Shown one piece after another: positions 40,360 to 51,191 of a stretch of DNA of 64,000 nt (positions within the stretch are counted from its first letter, which is position 1; every line of letters starts with the position of its first letter). Source of the stretch: the human T2T-CHM13v2.0 reference genome, Homo sapiens; NCBI RefSeq assembly GCF_009914755.1, contig NC_060932.1; one strand, written 5' to 3'. The notes beneath the pieces were generated by a model, which was not told the origin of the DNA, searched no databases, and saw only the letters and a program-made list of their open reading frames with translations. The position numbers and the translations under genes were made by a program.

Positions 40360-40683
40360 GGCTGGGTATGGTGGCTCACACTTGTATTCCCAGCACTTCG
40401 GGAAGCCAGGGTGGGAAGATTGCTTGAGGCCAGGAGTTTGAGACCAGCCTAGGCAACAAAGAGAAATCCTGTCTCTATTTTTAAAAAATTTCAAAAAATT
40501 ATAGTGCTTGCCTATAATCCTATCTACTTGGAAGATAGTAGATAGGACTATCTACTGTCTCCTGAGGTAAGAGAATTGCTTGAGCCCAGGAGTTCCAGGT
40601 TGCAGTGAGCTATGAAGGGAGGCTCCATGGCATGCCGGCCTGGGTAGCCAGACCCTATCTCTCAAAAAAAACTAAAAAATAAA
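40360..40683 (+). mobile_element. Alu (AluJ-like) with internal hairpin insertion
   Basis: ggctgggtatggtggctcacac...; TSD aaaggtagaa at 40347-40356 and 40681-40690. Confidence 0.9.
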
Positions 40684-43600
40684 GGTAGAACAATGGCTTG
40701 ATTCTTGGTCTTAATTTACCAATTTTCAAAATAAAGAGTTGATTCTCTAACATTCTACAAAGGTGACTGAATTGTTTTTTCCAAATATCATTATAAACTT
40801 ACAGAATTAAACATATTTTATGTGTTTCGCTGTCATTATTAAACACTAGTAACAGCCTCAGAATCACAATATTGTCCTTACTACCAACAATACTTGATAA
40901 CTGCAGTTTTTGCAGTTTGTTTTGCCCTTAGGTTACATCCCAATCAAATAACTGTTTTGAAGTCTCTTGAAATTGTTCCTCTCCACGTAGTCACCAATTT
41001 GATATACAGTTAGAATAATTTATTTCATTTTACTCACAATGTTTAAGACTTGCTTTTTAAGTTTAATTTTGTTATTATTATATAAAATACTTTTACAATA
41101 TTTTATATATAATCAGAGTCAAATCTACACAGCAGGGTATTTTGAGAAATTTAGCTTCTCCCCATCCCTTCCATCTTGCTCTCTGTCTCCTTTCCCTACA
41201 TATAATGACCCCATTTCTTATCTTTTGTAACTGCTTTACTTTGAAAATAATTTTAGACTTACACAAGACTTCCAAAGATGTAAAGTGCTGCAACAGAGAG
41301 TTCCTGGAGACCCTTTACCCAGCCTCCCCTAATCTTAACATCTTTCGTAATCATGGCGCAATGATCAAAACAAGAAATTAACATTTGGATACTATTACTA
41401 ATTAAACAATAGGCTTTCTCCAGATTCCTCCGGTTTTCTCATTAATGTTCTTTCTCTGTTTCAGGATCCAATTCTGCATCCCACAGCACATTTAGCCATC
41501 ATGCCTCCGTTGTCTCCTCCTGGCTGTGAAAGTTCCTCAGACTTTCCATATCTTTCATGACCTTGACGCTTTTGAGGAGTACAGATGAGGTATTTGACCA
41601 CACCCATCATTTGGATTTGTCCAATGGTTTCTGATAATTAGGCTGAGGTTGAAGATTTCAGTTAAGAATACCATGAGATGAAGTGTCTTCTCATCTGATC
41701 ACATGGTATCAGGTCACACATGATGTCAGCATGCTTCATTACTGATGATGCCAACCTCTACTGCTTGGTGAAGGTGGTACCTCCACCATAAAGTTCCTAT
41801 TTTTGCCTTCTGTAATTAACAAATATTTAGAAGGAGATATTCAGAGTTTATGTGAATATCTCATTTCTCCTTAAACTTTTGCCTACTAACTTTAGCACTC
41901 ATTAACGGATCTCATCTGCTATGATTGTTCCTGTGGTATTCTAATAGTAACTTTCTATTTCCCTCATTCCTTCTACATTTATTAATCATTATTTTTTGGA
42001 GGAAATGCATAGTTCCTTCTCCCACATTTATTTATTCAATCATTTATTTATGTCAGTATGGACACAGTGTCCCAGTGAAACTTTGGGATGGTTTCCTAAC
42101 AGTTGGATTATTGAATTAATGGATAAAGAAATGCAAATGTAATTTTGTTACATATTGCTATTCTCTTCATAAGGCTGGGCCATTTTACATTCCCACCAGC
42201 AACGTATGAGAGCAGATTTCCCCACAGCTTTTCCAGCAGAGATAATGTCAAACTTTTGGATCTCTGTCAAGCTAGTAGGTGAGAAATTCCATCCAGGGCT
42301 AATTTTAATGAAAATTTCTTTCCTTACATGTGAGGCTGATCATGTTTTCAGATATTCGATGTTATTTACATTTTCTTTTCCCTGAACCTTTCTTATCTCT
42401 TGTCCATTTTTCTAAAGGGTTGATCTTTCTCATCACTATTTTTATAGGCCTTTTATAAAGATATTAATTTTTTCTATATAAAAAAATATTTTTATCATTT
42501 ATCTTTTTACTTATTTATGAGCTCTCAGTTTATAGATGAATTCAATTATGCTTTCTTCTAGTATTTGTAAAATATTACTGTTTCTATATTTAAATATCTG
42601 ATCCTTTTGAAATTTTTCTCATATAACTTTATATGTTATAGTAAACAGATTCAATTTTATCTTTTTTCAGATAGCTATTTAGCTATCCTGTGTCACTTAT
42701 CAAAAAGCCCACCTTTCTCCTACCAACTTGAGACACCATCTTTATCATATACTAAATTTCCATATGTCATTGGGTCTATTCTAAATTTTCTGTTCGATTC
42801 CATTAAACCATCTGTTCATGCACACTTAGAGAGATTTCATAATATGTTTTAATATCTGGTAGGATTCTCCTCTTATGGTTGTTATTCCCAAGGGTTTCCT
42901 AGTTAATTGTACTTACTCTTCCAAATGAACTTTAGAAATCAACTTGATTAGCTCCAGAAAAAATCTAATGGTATTTAGATTACATGTAATATGTAATAGA
43001 TCATATTACCTTGATAAATTATTGTATAAATTACTTTCAGGGGAATTAACATCTTTATGATATTGAGTATTCCCATTAATTTCCTCAACTCTAGGTTTAT
43101 GTCTCTTTCAGAAGTGTTTTATAGTCTCCCATATTTACATTTTGGGCATTTTTTATAAGGTTTATGCCTAGATTTATCTTGGTTTTGTTTCCTGTATCAA
43201 ATGGGGGTTTTGTTTCCATTGTAACTGATTTTATGTATGTATATATGTGTGCATATATTAGCATATACATATTCTTATATTTACACATATGTGTATACAC
43301 ATTCATATGTGCAGGTGTACATGTATCTACAACTAACTGTTGTATGTTGATATTTTAATCTGCTGCTTTTTGTTTGTATTAGCTTTTCATTCATTCTTTT
43401 GGATTTTCTGAAAATATCATCCTATTATATGTATAGAGAGATACTTTTTATTTCTTTCCTTCCAGTTCTAGGTCTCCATCTGCTTTGTCTGGTCTAGCCA
43501 CACTCACTGATGCCTCCACATGCTGTTAAAGAACAGCAGAGCCACCGGGCACTCTTGTCTGCTTCTGACTTCTGTGGAAACACTCTAGTGTTTCCCAGTG

Positions 43601-43906
43601 AAGTAAGATGCTGGTGTTTGGATGACACACATTTTTTTTTTTATCTTAAGGATGTATCCATCAAATTCTATTTACTCTTTTTCATCAGTGAACACTGAAT
43701 TTTGTCAAATGTCTTTTCTGCATCTATGAAGGTGACTGTTTCATATTATAATGGATGTTAACATGTTACCTTTCCAAGAGACCACTTGTGCCTTGCATTC
43801 CAGAATAATCCCCACAATGTCATGATGTATTATTTTTTTCATATGTTGTGGATTCTGTTTAAAAAGCCTTCTCCCAACCACTGGATGCTCTGTAAAGTCC
43901 TTAGAT

Positions 43907-44132
43907 AAAGTGAGGGTGATTTTTACCCCCAGGAAACACTGAACATTGGTAATGTCTGGAGACATTTTTGGGTATCTCAACAGGGGATGGGGTTGGGGGG
44001 ATGATGCTACTAGTAACTTAGTGGGAAGAGGCCAGAAATGCAGCTAAACAGCCTGTAGGGCACAGGACAGCCCTCCACAACAAAGGATTGTCCAGATCAA
44101 AATGTCGACAGTGCTGAGTCTGAGAAACCCTG
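43907..44132 (+). mobile_element. MER20 (hAT-Charlie) with 8-bp TSD
   Basis: aatgtctggagacattttt...gcacaggacagccctccacaacaaagga...gagaaaccctg; TSD ccttagat at 43899-43906 and 44133-44140. Confidence 0.88.
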
Positions 44133-44689
44133 CCTTAGATAACTGCAATTAGTCCGTGGTGGCAATACCTAGTATCTGAAAAGAGAGATGGTTACTGGCT
44201 CTTATAATAAAGGCGTGTTTTCAGCAGGTGACTGGTTCCAACTCCTAAGGGAAAAAAAACAAAAAAGCAGCTAGGAGCATGAGCTCTCCACAGAAAGAGA
44301 GCAGGGCCTAGATTCAGGAAACAGAGCCTTTTCCAATTCTCTCGGTGAGGATGGCAATACAATAGAATCCTTGCCTTCCATTCTTTCAGATGCAACATCT
44401 GAAACTCTGGATTTGTGAATAACATAAGTAAAAGTGTCAAGGAGGTCAACACAAACTTTCACAAGAGAGTCTAAATTCAACCCAGAATAAGAATTCACAG
44501 GCTTGGCCCAGATCTTAACCCAGTTATACCCCTCAGACGTGAGACATCATTTGAAAACGTTTCAGAAGTTCCCCAAACAGAAAATCTAATGTTCTGAGGA
44601 ATGATTGTCCGTGCCCAGTATTTGGGTTTGCCTGGTTTGTCATCTGTGTTTTGAAATGTCAAGATTAATACCATACTTAAAAAAATTAC

Positions 44690-44808
44690 CTCCCACTTGG
44701 GGTCTCCATCAATTTCCACCACCTTCAAGCCATGTTTGTTCTTCAAGTGCCTATTGAACTCCCATTTGGTGCCATATACAAAGCTGCAAACAGGACACTT
44801 CAAACCAC
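44690..44808 (-). CDS. ZFAT: ZFAT internal coding exon (119 nt, phase 1->0); last C2H2 zinc finger LKCPVCSFVYGTKWEFNRHLKNKH
   Basis: Acceptor ctgtgctttcag|GT, donor GAG|gtaatt. C-x2-C...H-x4-H motif. Phases match both neighbours. Confidence 0.95.
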
Positions 44809-45979
44809 CTGAAAGCACAGACAGAGGTTAAAAAAAAAATGTGTTCGTAATACAGAAAAATGCAACAGTTCCTCCTCCTGTTCAAATGCTTCAAATCTAG
44901 TAAGTATTATTTTGTCTCCAGCACTTGTATTCAATTCAAGCTTACCTTAGTATTGGAACACAATAGCAACAGTATATGTTTTTTCAAGGCAGAGATTTTA
45001 AAACTTCATGTACTTTTTTTATTTGTTGAATAAGCTTTTGTAGACAGCCCAATATGTGCCCAACAGTTTAAATGGCAGAGAGAACTAAGATAAGTAACAT
45101 AATTCCCTTGGCCAGTGGGTAAGTGGCTTAAATCATTCTTTCATTTTTCACTTGTAAGTAACAAATAATTTAGAAAACGAGAACAATGGAAAGGGAGTGT
45201 CTGCTTTTCTTAATCTCCTTTGTCCCAAAACACTAAGACCAGGAGCCTGATTCTCAGTCTCCTTCACGTCAGAAGCTAAGTCATTAGCATAAATTCCCAT
45301 GCAAATTACCCAGTAAAGAACAAATTTAAAAGCTGGTCACATCCTGAAACGTCATTATTTATTGAACTGATTAAATTTTGCACACGTTCCAGGAAGTGTT
45401 TAGATGCTTTAATTAAGAGAATGTACAACTCTAGGTTTAAAAAAAAAAACAAAAACTGGAGAGTCACACAAAAGAATATCTTTCTACAATTATACAGAAG
45501 CAGCAACTAAACTGCAGCCTGTACAAAAGTCTCTTTGAACAGATTGTGCCTTCAGAAGCAAACTCCAGCCTCAGGAGACTAAGGGTAGTGCTGGTGCCAG
45601 GCCTCTAGTCTACTGGCCTGAGCCAGGCTGATGCTGGCACCACCGGGCCGCCACCCTGAGCTGGGCCAGGGGAATGAGCCCTCTCACCAACATCCCCAAC
45701 ACCACAGCTGTCTGGAACTGTGAGCTACCCGATTCCAGCAGGTCATTCCCTAGTCGCAAACTCTGGCTTCCCATCCTTCTCTGCCATGTCTTCTCTGTGG
45801 TCCACATGGTCTCTCCTCTATGCCAGTGCTTCCGCAGCATCCTGGAATCTCAGACCTTCTGGCCAACAAAATCCCCAACATTCACCTTGCCAGAGAGCGT
45901 GTTCTTTCCCTGTCTTTCTTTGACCACACTCTCCGCTAAGTCCTCCCAAGTGGAGGCTGCTCATGCTCTTGAGCCCCAG

Positions 45980-48060
45980 GTAAGGAGGATGCCAGGCCCG
46001 GGCAGGGCAGCAATGCCACCTCCACGGTAGAGCAGGAGCATTTCCCCATCCTGTCCCTGCTACCCACAGTGCCAGATCCATCAGACAATTTGGCACCTGG
46101 CCCTCTCCACTTAAATACTGTAACATCCATTGACTTTAAGGCCAATAACCTTCCCCACCATTTCACAATCTGTGGAGTTTCATTCAGTCACCCATATGAT
46201 TATTCAGCACCACCCATGGGGCTAAATCCAAGCATCCCACTCTGACGACTATCGGCCCTCGGGCCATCTCTTACTTTCACTATCATTATTCTTCAATTTC
46301 TGGAGAATCTTCAGTTTGCATCCCCTCCCATTTTCTCTCAGCCTACCCCTAACTATGCTCCCCTCTCCAAAGAGCACACTCCAGAGCCCAAAACTTACAA
46401 CTTTTATTGGCAAAGCCCTCCACGTCCTCAGCTACTTCTCTTTCTCTCAAACCTGCCTGGCAAATCCACAGCCCAGCATCAATCCAAGCCCCAGCCCTCC
46501 TTGCTCTGACCCTGGGATGCTGAGACAAATCACAAAGCCATTATTTATTCTTATGGCCACACTTCCAACCTCAAGTATTTCCCTAGTCAACTCTGTCCAA
46601 TTATCCAGAAGAAGAACTGCAATTCTCCATCCATCTCATTAAGTCCCCTATACTATTGTCGACTTCCTCTTTCAATCTCAGCCTCAGTTCTTGTCTCCTG
46701 CTTCACAATGAGAATATCAGGTAAGAACTTTCCAGACCTTCCTGTACTATACAATTCTGTCCCTCTGCTCCTGCCTATGCCTGGCCTGACACCAGTTGTG
46801 GGTGAGAGTTCCCCTCCGCCTTCCAAGACCCCTTTCTCCTCTTTCTAGAGCACTGATCCTCAGCCCTGTTAGACTCAATGCCCCTTTCTACAACAAGCAG
46901 TTTAAGATTCCTCCATCATCCTGAAGTTTTTTAAAAGCCCCTCAAGTTTTGAAACCCTGCATGGGTGCAAGTACCACTCCACTGAACACTCTGTTCCTCC
47001 AGCCTCCACACCTTTATGCTTTCCCTGTCCCACGGCTGGGTGGCTGGGCCCTCCTACTCTGTCCCGTGTCGCCTAGGCTCGGTATCCAGACATTCTTCAG
47101 GCTCTTCCTCCTGCCCAGGACATATATTATCCACAAACTAATGACTTTCCTATTTGTAGCTCCAGCCCAGACTCCTGCCCCAAACTCCAGCCTGGGATGC
47201 CTCCCCACAGGTAGACAGGACTGTGCATCCCAGTGTCTCCCACGCCTCCTGGCCAGGCCACTGCAGTCTTCTGCATAGATGGGAGCAACCAGCTCCTAAG
47301 TGCTCTCTCAGCAGCTATTGTCTATCCTCCACTGTTGGTCCACTTCCCACCCAGCACACAACATGGTCTTTCGAAAACACAGACTAGATCACAGTCTCAG
47401 AGGTATAAACCCTTCCAATGGTCTTCTGTCTCACCTACAATAAAATCCTGACTCCTCCCTGTGGCTGGCAAGTCCCGCCTCCCTCCCTCTCGCCTTCATT
47501 CTCTCCCTTCTCTGTCTTTTGCACTGACCAAGTTCATTCCCTTCCTGGGATAACTGCTGTGCCTCCTGGTTCACAAACTCTTCCCCAAGATCTCCATTTG
47601 ACCTTCTCCTCATCTTTAAGCACCACCTCTTCAGAAAGGCCTTCCTGGGACTCCTAGAGAAAGCAGCCCCACCAAACACATAGAGCCATCAAAACTCTCT
47701 AATGGATTTCCCTACTTTCAGTCTGACATTGTATTATTATCTTTCCTACACATCTTCATTGTCCTTTCTCCCTTCTAAAGTGGCACCTTCCTAGAGCGGG
47801 AACTTCAGGGGCATCATCCACTTATTCTCTGTTCAAGTCCCAGCACCCGGCATCTAGCTTCTCCTCAATCACTCTGTCTTGCATCACTGACTCTGGGTCT
47901 TGGCAAGTCCTCTTCTTTCTTGAGCTCCTTCTCCAACCATCCCCCTGCTCTCCTTGGACTTCTGCACCTCCCCTCTGTACACATCTGTCCCCTCACCAAA
48001 TAAGTGTGTTCAGTGTTATCCGAGGGCCTGCCTTGGTGCCGGTCTATCTTCCCCTTTCCT
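45980..48060 (+). mobile_element. L2 LINE fragments (continuing ~48540-49180)
   Basis: C/T-rich L2-like sequence, e.g. aaccagctcctaagtgctctc...aaacccttccaatggtctt...cacctcttcagaaaggccttcct. Boundaries approximate. Confidence 0.6.
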
Positions 48061-48317
48061 TCACAGCCAGGATTCTGTGGAGTCTCCACTTCCAAGAACT
48101 CACTAGAAAGAGGTGCTGTTAGTGATGCTCTGGGGTGGACAACAGGCTGGGATGCAAGTGGAGGAGGCCAGCATTCACATCTCCTCCATCTTTCAAATTT
48201 TATTCCATGGGAGAGTAACTGCCCTATTCAAAATAATTACTGAAATTAAGATTATAAATTTAAACTAGAAAAATAATATGAATTCTTCACTTCCCTGTCT
48301 CTCTTCATTACTTAGGC

Positions 48318-48522
48318 CAGTGGTTCTAAACTATGGACAATTTTCCTCCCAGACAGGCAATGTATGGAGGAACTTTTGGTTGGCACAACTGGGGGGTGCC
48401 CAGGGCATCCAGTGGGTAGAGGCCAGGGATGCTGCTACATACCCTACAACACACAGGACAGCCCCCAAAACAAACACTGGCCTGGCCCCGATTGTAAGCA
48501 GTACTGAGGTTGAGAAGCCCTG
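48318..48522 (+). mobile_element. MER20 (hAT-Charlie)
   Basis: cagtggttctaaac...ggcatccagtgggtagaggccagggatgctgcta...gaggttgagaagccctg. Confidence 0.9.
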
Positions 48523-50640
48523 CCTCACACCATAGCATGCTGCTTCCTGCACTCAGTCCTCTCCTGGTATTGCACATGTCAGGATCAGCTAACATCCTCA
48601 TTGGTTAATCCAATGAATACTCTTCACTCTTTATCTTACCACTAGTACCACCACCAACACTACTAATAGCAATAACAACATATGTCTTCCACTAACTGGG
48701 CAGTTACCATGCATCAGGCACCTCATACATCAAGTCATGGTTTCTTCACAACAGCGCAATGACACAGGCATGCTTAGCTTGTTTTATACAGAGGCTTGGG
48801 ATGGTGAAGTAACCCTACTGAGGTCACACTGGCAAAGTTAAGAACTGAATCTAAGTCTAACACACATCCTTAACCCCAGCCTTTGCTATTGTCCACTGTG
48901 ACTTCTCTGCATTATATGGCGATGCTGACCACATTCTCCAGTCAAGATCTAGTTTTTCAGGGCTTCTGTGACACCACTCACTCCTGGTTCTTCTACCAAG
49001 CACCTCTCCAACTCAAATCCCTGTACAGCCTTCTCATCCTCTGTGTGGAGTCCTAAAGCCTCACAAACAGTCCCCTCTATATCTCTGATATGCAGGTCCA
49101 GTGATGTCCCAAAGTATCCCACCTCCCCAATATACATGTGAGCTGAACAAACCACTAAGATGCTTATACTTAGGCAACGAAAGAGCTGAGCTGACCACTG
49201 AGTGTATCTCAGGCTGCTATGTTTATGTATTGCTCATTAGGGTACTCGGGAAGAAATGGAGGAATTCTGTCCTGATATCAAGGTTGTCTGGACAAATTAT
49301 ACCAGATAAACCTCACGGGGATGTGGCCCACATTTAGTCATCTCCCAGATGCAGTTTTGATGCGCTCAATCTCCAAATCAATTCCGTGTCAGTGGAATCA
49401 AGACAGAGCAGTGTTCTATTATTGGGGTTTCTGTTCTATCAGCTGAGGTTGTGGGTAATTTTCCAAAGAGTCACTAGTACAGAGGCCAACCTGCCAGCCA
49501 CATGCAGCCCCAGCACCTCCGCCCACTGCTTCCTGGCCCCAACCCTGGTGGAGGCAGAGGAGGGCACCGAGGCAGAAGGCGCCCGCTGTCAGCAGAAAGA
49601 CTGGCAACAAACACTAAATTCTTAAATTCTAGAATATTCTGCTGAAAAGACAGCTCAGATGGATGTTTATTTTCTGAAAGTCAAACATACTGTGCTGTTT
49701 TTTAGGCAAAAACAAATGAGCTTCTTTCTTGCCCAGAGGATAAACTTCATTTTTAACTTCCTTTGTTATTGCTTTTTTAAATCAGATAAAATCATGTCTT
49801 TTCCTTCAATCACCTTTTAAAAACCTCCAAGTTATGAAGACCTCCACTTTTTGTTGTTGTTGTTGTTGTTAAGCTGATGTTGCTTCTCCTATAAAGACTT
49901 AATATGTGATGATGAACAAAGGCAAACTTTTAAAGGTTAAACTTAGGCTTTAAAATGAAATTAAAGGTTCCTTCTGGGATATTCTTTAGTGGAAACTAAT
50001 TCAGAGAGGAAAACATTCTTATATTATATTTAAATTAAACTTAATATGATAATGCCCCCACATTAATTAAAACTTCAGCCTTTGCCACAGTGACTTTAAT
50101 TAAAGAACAACAAATGAAAATATGTAATCTAGACTGAATGTATAACTATGCCAGTTAATTGACATCAAAGCTGAGAGAAATTAATTTCTATTTGGATTCA
50201 TTAAATTCTTAGGCAATGCACAGTAAAGGTCAACGGAAGACTTGGTGAATTTACTCATGGCACTGATATTAAGTGCACACCATAAAAACCAGGAGTCCTC
50301 AAATCACAATTTCCTCCCACGGACTGATTAATCAGGTGAAAATATAGAATTTCAAGAGAAATTTAAAAAAACTGATGATGGTACGCTTTGCTCTTTTTGG
50401 AATGCAATATATTCTGGAGCAGTTTCAGGCATTAAAATATCTCTGCTCCTTTGTGGTGCTTGACGTTATTGAAAATTCAATTTCATTTTCAATAATATAA
50501 CTCCCAGAATGGCATACAACACTGGGTTGGGCAGTCACAAGACCTGAATCTGGCACTTGCTCAGGTAAGCCAAAGCTTCCTGAAACTCTTGGGTCTTGGT
50601 TTTCTCTTCTATGAAGGTGAAGATGCTAAAGTTCATATTC

Positions 50641-50683
50641 TTTTTTTTTATTTTTTATTTTTTTTTGAGATGAGCCACTGCAA
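50641..50683 (-). mobile_element. Ultra-short Alu-like retro-insertion with TSD
   Basis: Minus strand ttgcagtggctcatctc plus an A-rich tail, flanked by taaagttc(a/c)tattc at 50627-50640 and 50684-50697. Confidence 0.7.
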
Positions 50684-50716
50684 TAAAGTTCCTATTCTTA
50701 AAAAAGGCACTGAGTA

Positions 50717-51191
50717 CAGTAGGCAGAATAATGAGTCCCTGAAGACAGCCACATCCTAATCCCCAGAACATGTGAACATGTTACCTTACATGGCAAAAAC
50801 GATGTGATTCAGTTCAGGATCTTGAGAGGGGGAGGTCATTCTGGTTTCTCCGAGTGGGCCTAATGCTATCACAGGGGTCATTATAAGAAGAAGGCAGGAG
50901 AGGGCACAGAGATGCAATCTGAGAGAAGCTCCACTGGCCATTTCTGGCTTTGAAGGTGGAGAAGGGGGTCACAGGGCAAGGAATGTAGGTAGCCTCTAGA
51001 GGCTAGAAAAGGCCAGGAAAGGGATTCTCCCCTAGAGTCTCCAGAAGGAATATTTGTTAGCACTTTGATGTTAACTTGGTGAGACTCATTTTGGACTTCT
51101 GGCCTTCAGAACTAAGATAATAAAACTGTGTTGTTTTAATCCACCACGAAGTGTGTGGTGACTTGTTACAGTAGCTACAGGCAACTAACAC
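50717..51191 (+). mobile_element. MLT1 (MLT1C/D-like) solo LTR
   Basis: gtaggcagaataatg...atcctaatccccagaacatgtgaacatgttaccttacatggcaaaa...gattctcccctagagtctccagaagga...ggcaactaacaca. Confidence 0.87.

Larger units (their letters stand above)
38500..43870 (-). mobile_element. Old L1M (L1MC/MD/ME-class) block interrupted by L1PA, Alu and a second L1M 3' end (~41240-42060)
   Basis: AT-rich L1 3'UTR/ORF2-like sequence, e.g. cattttacattcccaccagcaacgtatgagag. Minus ORF 43097..43306 INLGINLIKNAQNVNMGDYKTLLKE resembles L1 ORF2 YLGINLTK...ENYKTL. Confidence 0.75.

Noticed and set aside
44940-44948. Strong sense donor AAG|GTAAGC ~135 nt upstream of the last zinc-finger exon
   Set aside because: No convincing pyrimidine tract or acceptor upstream to define an exon; likely a decoy site.
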